Shown: positions 30,438-44,440 of the stretch, one piece after another
How positions within the stretch are numbered: position 1 is the stretch's first letter
Layout of the letters: each line of letters begins with the position of its first letter
From: Octopus vulgaris
Lineage: Eukaryota
Length of the DNA: 64,000 nt
Assembly (NCBI GenBank): GCA_951406725.2
Contig: OX597832.1
Span: forward strand, 54,188,001 to 54,252,000
Direction of reading: 5' to 3'
Made by a program: the position numbers and the translations under genes
Notes under the pieces: generated by a model
Database searches by the model: none
What the model saw: the letters and a program-made list of their open reading frames with translations, nothing else
Told to the model about the DNA's origin: nothing

Positions 30438-30454
30438 ACTGCCGAAGCAAGTAC
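30352..30454 (-). pseudogene. U6: U6 snRNA retrocopy (5' part of a U6-SINE chimera)
   Basis: GTACTTGCTTCGGCAGTACATATACTAAAATTGGAACGATACAGAGAAGATTAGCATAGCCTCTGCGCAAGGATGACACGGAAATTCGTGAAGCGTTCCATAT. ACAGAGA box and AGC triad present; three substitutions against canonical metazoan U6 in the 3' half; no T-run terminator. Confidence 0.95.
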
Positions 30455-30641
30455 TGGCCAAGTATATATCAATGGAATTCGTTAGGGTAATTGTCAGCAG
30501 GTGGTTGCCTATTCACTGGTTTTACGTCATCAGTCCACCACTGACGCCGTATCGCACACCGGCGCTTGTCCTCCATAGTTCCAAGCGTGACTGTTCGTTC
30601 GAGATTGTTGAATGGCTGGCGTCACGTAAGTCCAAAATATA

Positions 30642-30874
30642 TATTTCTTTACTACCCACAAGGGGCTAAACACAGAGGGGACAAACAAAGACAGACAAAC
30701 GGATTAAGTCGATTACATAGATCTCAGTGCGTAACTGGTACTTAATTTTATCGACCCCTAAAGGATGAAAGGCAAAGTCGACCTCGGCGGAATTTGAACT
30801 CAGAACGTAACGGCAGACGAAATACGGCTACGCATTTCGTCCGGCGTGCTGACGTTTCTGCCAGCTCGCCGCCT
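30642..30874 (-). mobile_element. SINE family A, full length, with TSD
   Basis: TSD acgtaagtccaaaatata on both sides. Confidence 0.93.
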
Positions 30875-31089
30875 TACGTAAGTCCAAAATATAGTCGTTT
30901 GCACAGACCTTTCATGTTATTTACATCTTTCACAGCTCTTAAACGAACAAAACATAACTACTACTTTTAAAAGTGGACCCATGTAGACTAAGATGCCCAA
31001 TCCCATCAGCACAGCAAGAATAGATTTTAAAATTTTGTTTTTATTTTATTGACTCTTTGTGAGTGTTTTTGCATTATCTTTTGTTTTTT

Positions 31090-32142
31090 TTACTTGCTTC
31101 AGTCATTAGACTGCGGCCATGCTGGGGCATCGCCTGAAAGACCGTTGATGTAGAGTAAATATACCGAGATTAGGGACTACTGCGAAAGGTGAGTTAAATT
31201 TTAGTCGAATGATTCGACCTTAGAACTTGTTTGTTAAGCCTGGTACTTATTCTACCGGTTTCTTTTGCCGAACTGCTAAGTTACAGGGGACGTAAGCAAA
31301 CCTACACCAGTTGTCAAGCTGTGGTGGGGGACCCAGACACAAGACACACGTAGATACATACATACATACATACATACATACATACATACATACACACACA
31401 CATACACACACACATACATACATACATACATACACAAACACACACATACATACATACATACATACATACATACATACATACATACATACATACATACATA
31501 CACACACATACATACATACATACATACATTACATACATACATTACATACATACATTCATGCATACATACATACATACATACATACATTACATACATACAT
31601 ACATACATGCATACATACATACATACACACACACATACATACATACATACATACATACATATTTACATACATTACATACATACACACACACATACATACA
31701 TACATACATACATACATACACACATGCATACATACATACATACATACACACACACATACATACATACACACATACATACATACATACATTACATACATAC
31801 ATCCATACATACATACATACACACACATACATACATACATACATACATACACACACAAACATACATACATACACACATACATACATACATACACACATAC
31901 ATACACACACACATACATACATACATACATACATACATACATACATTACATACATACATTCATACATACATACACACACACACACATACATACATACATA
32001 CATACATACACACACACACATACATACATACATACATACATACATACATACACACATACATACATACATACATACATACATACATACATACATACATTAC
32101 ATACATAAATGAGCATGTCTAGACAAGTAGCTATATGCATGA

Positions 32143-32197
<55 letters not shown>

Positions 32198-33140
32198 CAG
32201 GCCTATTCTCCATTTTTTTTTAGGAGGGGGTTGCCACAGGATACACACCAAGCATTCCATTCATTCCCCAGCTCAAAGAGGCGAGCCCCGTTCTATGCTC
32301 GGGTCAAGGCGTAGAACGCAACCCCCAGTATCAGCAGCGGGGCCAGACAGCATATGCTGGTTTATCCTCGCCGCATCATGCTGGTTCCGTACCCCTTTGA
32401 GCAACAGCAAATTCACTAATCCGTCCACAAACACTCTCTCAAATTCTCCTATCATTTATAAACTTCCTTGCCTGAGTCTACATACAAAAAAGAAGAAAAC
32501 ATAAATCTGCATACATCCATCCATGCATGCATGCATGCATTCATCCATCCATCCATCCATTCATTCATCCATCCATCCATCCATCCATCCATCCAACCTT
32601 CCGTCCGTCCGTCCGTCCGTCCGTCTGTCCATCCATCCATCCATCCATCCATCCATCCATCCATTCATTCATCCATCCATCCATCCATCCATCCATCCAT
32701 CCATTCATCGATCCATCGATCCATCGATCCATCCATCCGTCCATCCATCCATCCGTCCATCCATCCATCCATCCATCCATCCATCCATCCATCCATCCAT
32801 CCATCCATCCATACATACATACATACATACATACATACATACATACATACAAAAATACCTTATTGATGTTGTTGGAATTCCAATGAAGGAGCCTTCTAGA
32901 TTAGAAACCAGCTCTTTCTCTATTGGAAAGAAATCTTGAAATAAAACTGAATAATCCTTCTCTCTCTCTCTCACACACATACACGCACACACTCACACAG
33001 ACGATGGTCTCCTTTCACTTTTCGTCAGCCAAATCCACTCGCAAGGGCTTTGGTCGGCCCGATGCCATAGCAAAAGACACTTGTCCAACGATGCTACGCA
33101 GTCAGTCTAAGATCCAGGACCAAGTGGTTGAGAAGCAAGT
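31090..33140 (-). repeat. SINE B 3' half (31090-31350) and SINE B head (33000-33140) bracketing ~1.6 kb of (TACA)n, (TA)n and (TCCA)n
   Basis: Both halves are on the minus strand in the correct order. Confidence 0.7.
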
Positions 33141-33796
33141 TTTTTTTTCTTCATTCCGATCGAAAAGAATGAATAAAATTCCAAACAGCATGATTATAAA
33201 CCCAGGACTATATACTTGTATGTCAGCCGCATCTAAAAATAATCTTAATTTTAATATAGTTTTATAGTGTGTCTTGAACGGGGCAAAATAGTTATAAGAA
33301 AGATGTAGGCTACTTTACAAGAAAAAGTTCCAAAGTGAGTCACTTTATATGTATTCAAAAGAGGTCGTTAAAACCTTGTTTAACTGGTTGATTATGTCAC
33401 TCACAAAACAACTATTTTCATTGCTCCTGGGGAAGCGATTAAATATTTTAAAGATTATTTTCGTGCAAGTATGTTGTTTGTGTTGCTACTACTGCGACTA
33501 CTGCTGCTGCTGTTGCTGTCATTGTTATTGCTCCATTGATTGTCTGTTATATGACATTCATGATAATATTTTAATGGTGGTAGTTATTGCGACAATATTT
33601 TACATATTTGCTTTAAAAAAAATGTGTTGATAAAATTTCACATGCCTAAAATATCATAGCAACCCGCCATGGTTTGCTGAAATCTTTTTTCTTTTAATGA
33701 ATAGCATAAATATAAGACCACAGCCTGGAAATCATCCATTCTTTCTGTAGACTACGAACACATTTGTCGTATTGTCAAACACACACATACAAAAAG

Positions 33797-34188
33797 GCGT
33801 GCTGGCAGAGTTGTTAGCACGCCGGGCGAAATGCTTTGCGGTATTTCGTCTGCCGTTATGTTGTGAGTTCAAATTCCGCCGAGGTCGACTTTGCCTTTCA
33901 TCCTTTCGGGGTCGATTAAATAAGTACCAGTTACGCACTGGGGTCGATATAATCGACTTAATCCGTTTGTCTGTCCTTGTTTGTCCTCTCTGTGTTTAGC
34001 TCATGGGTAGTAAAGAAATAGGTATTTCGTCTGCCGCTACATTCTGAATTCAAATTCCGCCGAAATCGACTTTGCCTTTCATTCTTTCGGCGTCGATAAA
34101 TTAAGTACCAGTTGTGTACTGGGGTCGATCTAATCGGCTGGCCCCTTCCCATAAAATTTCGGGCCTTGAGCCTATAGTAGGAAAGGAT
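33797..34188 (+). mobile_element. SINE family A dimer
   Basis: Junction aagaaata|ggtatttcgtctgcc at 34020/34021. Confidence 0.9.
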
Positions 34189-34226
34189 TGTCAAACACAC
34201 AGACCTGTGTGAGTGTATATATATAT

Positions 34227-34299
<73 letters not shown>

Positions 34300-34369
34300 G
34301 TGTAACTTATTTTGAACGAGAGCCAATATCAATGACCTGGGAACTGAGCGATAAGGATGATGATTTTAA

Positions 34370-34585
34370 ATTTTGGCACAAGGCCAGCATTTACGCAGGA
34401 TGTGGGGTAAGTCGATTAGAACCCACCCATTCACCCACCGCTCAACTGGTAATTATTTTATCGAACTAGAAAAGATAAAAAGCAAAGCCGACCTTCGCGA
34501 AATTTGAACTCAGAACGTAAAGACGGACGAAATGCCACTAAGCATTTTCCTGGCATGCTAAAGATTCTACCAGCTTGCCGCCTTC
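34370..34585 (-). mobile_element. Older SINE family A copy
   Basis: Degenerate head and core. Confidence 0.75.
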
Positions 34586-34759
34586 ACTTCAAGAACATCA
34601 TTGAAAGGCTGTATCTTATCAGGTACAAAAGTGGGCGAGGGCTAACCAGCAGTGTAAGTTGTATATGCTTAGAATAAAACAGGTTGGTGTGGTATATCAT
34701 GAGTGTCATTGAACCCATGCCTGTTCACGTGAGAATATCTGGTATTGCCAGGACTGGCA

Positions 34760-35660
34760 CTGTCATGGAAATAGCACAGTACAAAGAGAAAAAAGTAAGG
34801 AAGACGAAAGAAAATGGGATAGAAAAATGATGTGTGGGCAGTTTGCGAGAGAACTGAACAGGAATACAAATGCCGATGGAAGGTGGCACTGGTTAAGGAA
34901 GAGTGATCTAAAGTCCACGACTTTATCTGTGCTGCGTTTGGAAAAGCACATGCAGAAAGGGACAAGTGCAGGTTGTGCAGTGATCAATGTGAGAGAGGCT
35001 GTATGGCGAGCTAGCAGAAACGAAGGGTGGCGAGCTGGCAGAAACGTTAGCACGCCGGGCGAAATGCGTAGCCGTATTTCGTCTGCCGTTACGTTCTGAG
35101 TTCAAATTCCGCCGAGGTCGACTTTGCCTTTCATCCTTTCGGGGTCGATAAATTAAGTACCAGTTACGTACTGGGGTCGATGTAATCGACTTGATCCGTT
35201 TGTCTGTCCTTGTTTATCCCCTCTGTGTTTGGCCCCTTTTGGGTAGTAAAGAAATATATAGCGAAGCTGGCCCAAAAAAGAATACAAGAAAAGATAGGCT
35301 TATGTGAAAGAAATGACTCATTGGGAGAGGTGTAGCAAGCGAAGATTGGATAGAACAAAGACCTGGTATAGGCAAACCTCATGCGTAATCGAGAATGATA
35401 AGCTAAAAATACAGCGAGATGTAAATGAGCCAATGTGATCATGAAATTGAACACCAGAGGGCGGATATAATGGTTGTAAATAAAGAGAGGTTAAGTGTGT
35501 TTAATCATAGATATTGCATGTCCTGGTAATACCAGAGTATCGGAAAGAGAAGAGAAGAAACATGTCAGATACGATGATATACAGTGGGAAATAAAAATAT
35601 TGTGGTCACTGAAGAAGGTGAGCGCTGTGTCTATTGTTATTGGAGTCTTGGGAGATCTTT
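34760..35660 (+). mobile_element. Old R4/Dong-like LINE fragment, interrupted by SINE A (35026-35255)
   Basis: MMCGQF...WHWLRKSDLK aligns with LYGKY..QWLMASGLK. CLIIDIACPGNTRVSEREEKKHVRYDDIQWEIKILW..IVIGVLG is the RLE region. Confidence 0.7.
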
Positions 35661-35829
35661 GTGGTTTTCGTCGCATGTCGAAATCTATAAAACACCATCT
35701 AATGTATCGTATAATTAATTTTGTATTTTTCTTGTTTCTTTTTTTTTTGTATGCAGTTCTTTGTTACGTCCCTTTTTGTGTTACATTTTTTTTCTTGCTC
35801 GTTTTACCCCTCTACGAGGTTATTTTATT

Positions 35830-36925
<1,096 letters not shown>

Positions 36926-37187
36926 ATATATATATAAGTACGCACGTGGGTCCCCGAGCAGAATTATAACGCAGTAATTTCCCTTTATATAACGGTATTT
37001 TTTCATAGCGTTTTTCAGATGGCCAGATAACCAAAGAGATGGTGTTGTGGATTTCCAATTCGGCATCTGAAACTCAGAGTTTTATCTTGACTATTGAGTA
37101 AATGTAACATATTATTTTATAGATAAATTTCCTCTATTTACATAATATTGAGGTCTCTTTCTTTCTTTTGTTATCTTACCGTTTTTG

Positions 37188-37238
<51 letters not shown>

Positions 37239-37581
37239 ATATAACATTAACAAAAGGATCGTTAAACATGAAATAACTATTTCTTAATAATGCCTTGTTG
37301 CTAAGATTCATTCACAATTTCAGTTATATTTTCTCATTGTTGGAAATATTTACCGGTGGTTGATCCTTTTGTAAATACTTCTCGTTGCCATTTCTGGCTT
37401 GACAAATTGGACAATTTATTAGTTTGACCCAACAATAAAACCTTGATCCATTTGCTGTTATGTTACATTTTCTTTTCCTGTTTATGTAACCATGTCTCCG
37501 AGTGATACTGCTTGGCTGTAGTAGAAAATCAGCATGTGGAACAATCAGTGAATGGAAGTTTTGAAATATTTTTAGAACGAA

Positions 37582-37634
<53 letters not shown>

Positions 37635-37805
37635 TTTCTCACTTTCTCTCTCTTTTCTCTCTCTCACTCTCTTTCCCTGTCTGTCTGTCTATTTAATTTT
37701 TTTCTCTCTCTCCTCCTCTCTCTCTATCTCTCTTTCTATTAATCTATTAATTTCTCTCTCTTGCTCTCTATGTATCAATTTCTCTCTCTTCTCTCTCTCC
37801 TTCTT

Positions 37806-37846
<41 letters not shown>

Positions 37847-37920
37847 ACTACCTGTCCTTCAACCACTCTATCTTTATCTTAATGTATCAATCTCTTGCCC
37901 TTTTTCTCTCTCGCTCTCAG

Positions 37921-37993
<73 letters not shown>

Positions 37994-38032
37994 ATGTATG
38001 TATATGTATATGTATATATATGTATATATATA

Positions 38033-38078
<46 letters not shown>

Positions 38079-38254
38079 TGTCTGTCTGTCCTCCACCACC
38101 GCTGGACAACAGGTGTTTGTTTATATTTCCGTAACGTAGCGACTCGGCGAAAGAGAACGGTAGAATAAGTACCAGGCTTTAAAAAGATTGAGTATTAAGT
38201 TCGATTTGTTCGACCGCAGTGCAATGACTAAAACAAGTAAAAATTAACAAAAGG

Positions 38255-38292
<38 letters not shown>

Positions 38293-38303
38293 TACATACT
38301 TAC

Positions 38304-38373
<70 letters not shown>

Positions 38374-38580
38374 TTCACCACGGGAAGGTGAAAAAGTATT
38401 TCATGTTTCGAACCAACGCTCTTCAACAGAAAGGAACACAAGGAAATAAACAGAGAGAAAAAAAAAACTTGTTTATTTAGCGGTCACCGTTTGTAGAAAA
38501 GCATAAATCCAGCGTAGAAGCACAATCTAAGATGTAGAGCAGTTAATATTATAATATTATAATGTATATATATGTGAGTG

Positions 38581-38611
<31 letters not shown>

Positions 38612-38709
38612 TCAATATAGGGTAGCAAAAAAAAATTCAGCAGAAATAGCCTTGGCTGCTATTTCTAGTAGGTTGAACAGCCTATTATGGCTGTTCCTAT
38701 ATTTTGATG

Positions 38710-38800
<91 letters not shown>

Positions 38801-38847
38801 TGTATGTACACCTCCACACACATACTGCATTCTTACTCCCACTTCAA

Positions 38848-39307
38848 GGCGGCGAGCTGGCAGAAACGTTAACGCGCCGGGCGAAATGCTTAGCGGCATT
38901 ACATCAGTCCTTACGTTCTGAGTTCAAATTCCGCCGAAGTCGACTTTGTTTTTCATTCTTTCGGGATCGATAAAAATGAGTGCCAGTTAAGTACCTGGGG
39001 GTCGATCTAATCGACTTACCCACCTCACCTCACCAGAAATTGCTGGCTTCGTGCCAACATTTGAATACCAATATATATTTCTTTACTACCCACAAGGGGC
39101 TAAACACAGAGGGGACAAACAAGGACAGACAAAGCGATTAAGTCGATTCCATCGGCCCCAGTGCGTAACTGGTACTTAATTTATCGACCCCGAAAGGATG
39201 AAAGGCAAAGTCAACCTCGGCGGAATTTGAACCCATAACGTAACGGCAGACGAAATACGGCTACGCATTTCGCCCGACGTGCTACCGTTTCTGCCAGCTC
39301 GCCGCCT
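38848..39307. mobile_element. Tail-to-tail SINE A pair (+ 38848-39062; - 39077-39307)
   Basis: The minus copy has TSD tttgaataccaatata. Confidence 0.9.
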
Positions 39308-39937
39308 TTTGAATACCAATATAAGTCGGTCAGATGAACCCTTTGCTGCCACGGTTTTTACTCTTCCTGTTGATCTGTTGCGTACTTTATCGTTAAATCT
39401 ATTCATCCATGCATACACTGTTAACAGCATAATACTATTTGATTTCCCTGCTACGCCGCAACAGGATATCTGCTGTATAAACAATATATATATATATATA
39501 TATAAATGTACCAATAGACCACACTTTTACAGTTTATTTCCTTATCCCCTTTGCGCGCTTTTAGTTGATTAAACTGCTTCCCGCCTCCTATTCACTCTGC
39601 TGTTATTGCTTTACACAATGGAGAACAATACAATGAGAACACGTTTGGGTGAAGGTTTGATTGATTGCGTTTTCGTAATTTATGACATCATCGATGAAAT
39701 ATATTACAAACTGTGTCTGGTTTTAGGCGCCACAACAACGAAATTAGAAAGGACGAAGACATTGACCTTTCATTTGGTTCTGTATTCTTTTAGGCTTAAA
39801 CACAACACAAAGTTCATTGCGGGTTTATTTTCATTTCATAATGGAATAAAATAAACAACGTTCTGTAACTCATCGGCCATCCTTTCAACCATTTTATCTA
39901 TTTATTTTTTTATTTTGTATCAAGTAACTGTTTCATG

Positions 39938-40088
39938 TGGAGGCACATGGCATAGTGGTCAGAGCAACGGACTCACGGTTGAGGGATAGCGGGTTCGAAT
40001 CTCAGACCGGGCGATGTGTGTGTTTTATGAGCGAAAACACCTAAGCTCCACGCGGCTCCAGCAGAAGGTAATGGCGAACGTCTGCTGG
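39938..40088 (+). mobile_element. SINE family C head fragment
   Basis: Matches 22640-22785. Confidence 0.85.
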
Positions 40089-40849
40089 GACGAATTTTCA
40101 TCTCTAATACTTATTGTGCTTTTAACACAAGAAGTCCGTTTGAGATGTTATCTCAGAGTAAATACTCCAGTAACTAGCCTGTCGAGAGCATGTGTATATC
40201 AGATATGCTGCATAGACAACTATTTTAAAAGCTACTATTTATTTTATTGGTTCTAAACTTACAGTTGTGTGCGACTTTATTAACTCCGCCAAATAAAATG
40301 GCGTTTAGCCAGAAAAAATATTATCGTCTGCTTGGAAAATATTGAATATTTGTTTTACAATTAAAAATGAATGATCGTCGGTGTCATTCTGCTAAAACTC
40401 AACTGCTTTTCTATTAACAAACAACGTAGACATTATTATTTAAACCGTTTGTTGGTGCAGACAATCACTAGCTTCCTCGAAATCTGTTTTTTTTTACATC
40501 TAACTTAGTATTTAACCAGTAACATCAAGTCCAACGTACAAATTGCTTCTACACATATCTAATTACCAATTTGTTCTTATTTCTTACACTCTTGACTGTT
40601 TTTCTTTTTACTTGCGAATAAATTCGGTTAGTTTAATGGGAAATTCTTCTAACATCCAGATTTACTAATTTTGTAACATTGATTATATGTTTTTGTTTCC
40701 TATTCGTTGATGTTCAAGTGTAGGGGAATAAAACTGGTACCTAAGGATGCCAGGTTCAAGTGCTGTCGTCAGCTTCTTGTTTTATATATTTTCAGACTCA
40801 TACATACATGCATAATACATACATACATACATACATTCATACATACATA

Positions 40850-41052
40850 GTTAATCCAAACATGAACAAAGAGAAAACACAACAACGCGAGGACGTGGAA
40901 CAAGTATAGTGTTATTGGACGCTCAGGAAAAGAAGGAAAGAAGGTGGATTTAACGTTTCGAGCGGAGCTCTTCGTCAGAAACATAGGAAAAGGAAAGATC
41001 CAAGGAAGGGAAGACGAAGAAAGAAAATCGCCAACGATACACACGCGGTCAC
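40850..41052 (-). mobile_element. Penelope-like terminal repeat fragment with minimal hammerhead motif
   Basis: Minus strand gttt-CTGACGA-a-gagc-tcc-gctc-GAAACGTT-aaat at 40948-40982. Confidence 0.6.
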
Positions 41053-41062
41053 AATACATACA

Positions 41063-41442
41063 TTACGAACCACATGGTTCCGGGTTCAGTCCCACAGCGT
41101 GGTACCTTGGGCGAGTGTCTTCTACTATAGCCTCGGGCCGACCACAGCCTTGTGAATGGATTTGGTAGACGGAAACTGAAAGAAGCCCGTCGTATATATG
41201 TATATATGCATATATGTATGTGTGTATATGTTTGTGTGTCTGTGTTTGTCCCTCCCCCCCTCAACATCGCTTGACAACCGATGGTAGTGTGTTTATGTTC
41301 CCGTAACTTAGCGGTTCGACAAAAGCGACTGATAGAATAAGTACTAGGCTTACAAAGAATAAGTCCTGGGGTCGATTTGCTCGACTAAAGGCGGTGCTCC
41401 AGCATGGCCGCAGTCAAATGACTGAAACAAGTAAAAGAGTAA
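41063..41442 (+). mobile_element. SINE family B
   Basis: Matches family B. Confidence 0.92.
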
Positions 41443-41662
41443 TACATACATACAATTCAACATGTGAACCTGTTAATCCAGACACGCATTTGCGTCCTCC
41501 ATTTTTTTCATTTCGCCTTTGATTTCTTTCCTCATTGTTTTCGGTGTAAAAGAGCGTAACGTCGAACACTTCTTCCATCTTTCCTGAGTTTCAAACTAAT
41601 ACATTTTGCTTGTTCCCTCACCTGTCTCTGTCTTCTGCTTTTTTGTTTTTGTACATTTCTGA

Positions 41663-41727
<65 letters not shown>

Positions 41728-42461
41728 CATTTTCTCAAAACATAATTAATGAGTCACAATAATTGAAGAAAAAGTTTTCTAAAATGTTATTAGTTGTTTA
41801 AAAGAAATCTTTTGGAAAGAAGTTTCTTACATATGACAGGTTGGTCATGAATGGAACGCCTTTCATCACTGGCCCGTTAGATCAGGGCTTAGTTTACATT
41901 AACACCAACAATAATGACGTTGATGCTGTTGGAATTAGTGAAAAGAAGGGAAAAGAAAGAGACCATGGGTGTCACATGTAATTGAAATTTATGTTAAAGG
42001 TGAGTTTTTCCAGCGTCAGTGCAATTGTATACAGATCAAAGTTCCAATCTGCGAAAATGAAATTTTAGAAGAAATAAACCAGTAAGAACGAGAAGGAAGA
42101 ATGCTTCTTTAAAGTCAATGAATCGATGTTGTTGACACTGAGTGAGTTACCGAGCCGCTTGTGTGTTTGTATGGCGCTTTTCCTTAAATGACAGTTATTT
42201 TTCCTTCGTTCTACGAATAATAAACAGCTCAACATAAAAGAAACACTTATTTCCCCACAAACCTGCGAAATACATTTTATTTGTTGATTTCTTTGTTTTT
42301 CTTTCTTTTTTTTTCTATCTTGACCTACCAGTCCTTCTGAATCAACACGTTTCATAAAGAAAAGAAGCTCGCGCCTCCCTTCCACCCCAAAAATTTCTTT
42401 TGATTCCCATACTTTAAAGACAGATAGAAAGACATCATCTCTAGATTAACATATAACTAAA

Positions 42462-42790
42462 ACTGGTACTCCGTCGGTCACGGCGATGAGTCGTTGCAGT
42501 TGATCCGATCAACGAAACAACCTGCTCGTGAAATTAACGTGCAAGTGGTTGAGCACCCCACAGACACGCTTATACTTAACATAGTTCGCAGGGAGATTCA
42601 GTGTGACACAGAGTGTGACAATGCTGGTCCTTTCCTTTGAATTACGGGTGCAACTCATTTTCGTCAGCTGAGTTGGCAGGAGCAACGCGAAATAAAATGT
42701 CTTGTTCAAGGACACAGCGCGCTGCCAGGAATCGAACTCAGGACCTTACGATCGCGAACCGAATACCCTAACCACTGAGCCACGCACCTT
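42462..42790 (-). mobile_element. SINE family C-related copy
   Basis: Matches 18345-18612. Confidence 0.8.
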
Positions 42791-42836
42791 CATCAGATTA
42801 ACGTGAACAGCCGAATGATTGCAAGGGTTCCTTGAT

Positions 42837-42883
<47 letters not shown>

Positions 42884-43429
42884 AGGCGCAAGTTAATTTG
42901 CTCTATTCTGTTCAAACAACCAAACTCCATGTTGTGATGTTTATGTTTTTCCCCAAGAGCATCACCGAATTCCGAGAAGGCAAATGGTTTTAAGCGGGAA
43001 CTGAAAATGACGGGAGTTTGCCAAAGTTTGCAGAATTAAAACCGCGAGAATGAAATCGATATTCGATATATCTCATTATCTAATAACAGACGCAGCACGG
43101 CCGAATGATTAAGGAGTTCGCTTCTCAATCCCGAGGTTCTGGGTTCGATCCTGTTGAGCCGGAGGCTTTTATTCCTGCCTCAGTTCCACACCAAGTTTTG
43201 TGGATTGAACTTGGGTGGATGAGAACTGTGTAGAAACCTGCTGGGTGGATTGTAGGTTTTAATTTTTATAGGCTCAGTTGATGGTAAACGTGTCTGAGGA
43301 ATACTCACCTATTTGCACGTTCGATCATTGAGCAGTTTGTTCTGCTGATCGCATACCTGAACACTCAATATCAAAACCAGCGGTGAACCGTTACTAATGA
43401 GAAACTCTCCAATTCACATGCAATTCACA

Positions 43430-43652
43430 TACGAAGGGGTGCCGAAAAGTTCTTGGCTTTAAGGGTATCGTGAAAAGCCTGGTTGGAAGCTGAACCTTCC
43501 GAGTTATTTTACAGGGCTTAGAAAAACTGAAGGACTGCTGCAATAAGTGTGTGAACCTGAGAGGGGGATTTACGTTGAATAAAATCATAATTAACTGATC
43601 CTTCTGTATTTTCTTTTACCCAAGGCCAGGAACTTTACAGTACCCCCTTGGA
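43430..43652 (+). mobile_element. mariner-derived MITE, copy 1
   Basis: TIR-like tacgaaggggtgccgaaaagttcttggc / gccaggaactttacagtaccccctt; remnant of the mariner KCV...YVE* C-terminus. Confidence 0.7.
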
Positions 43653-44044
43653 CGGAGGAGAATGCGGGACCTCATTCGCGTGTTTTGAATTCGGTGGTAC
43701 TAGTCATGGATATAATTTGTCTGATGTTACTGGAGTCAGATAGGTATGTTCAGTTCTTTCAGTGCTACCAAATTTAGAATATATTGAAATACTGTGCTGA
43801 AGAGAAAAGTGATTAGAATGGAAATGTCATTCTTGCATTTTTCATATCTATCTAATTTCGAAACGCGTCCACAGTTAATCAAATGCCGGGTGAATTTCGT
43901 TATTTTCTTTCTCAGCCTACGTGATATGTTTTTGAGTATATATTGTCTGGGAGTTGTTTATTACAGTAGAAGAAATAGCTGGATTCTTTGGCTGCTATTT
44001 CTAAAGTTCGGTGTGTGGTGAAGCAAATTCTTTTGCCTAACCCT

Positions 44045-44093
<49 letters not shown>

Positions 44094-44136
44094 TATATAT
44101 ATATATGCTTATATACGTACATATATGTACATACCT

Positions 44137-44203
<67 letters not shown>

Positions 44204-44220
44204 TATACATGCTTATATGG

Positions 44221-44440
44221 GTGAGGGGATGCTGAAAAGCTCCTGGCTTTAAGGGTGTCACGAAAGGCCTGGTTGGAAGTCTAGCATTCCGAGTACTTTT
44301 ATAGGGCTTAAAAAAACTGAAGGACCGCCGTAATATGCGTGTGAATCTGAGGAGGGAATATGTTGAATAAAATCATAATTAACTGATCCTCCTGTGTTTT
44401 CTTTTACGCAAAGTTTGGAATTTTTCAACACCCCCTCGTA
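44221..44440 (+). mobile_element. mariner-derived MITE, copy 2
   Basis: Colinear with 43430-43652; ends caccccctcgta. Confidence 0.7.

Noticed and set aside
30352-30454. Functional U6 gene
   Set aside because: No T-run terminator, substitutions in the internal stem-loop, and the upstream flank is the TSD.
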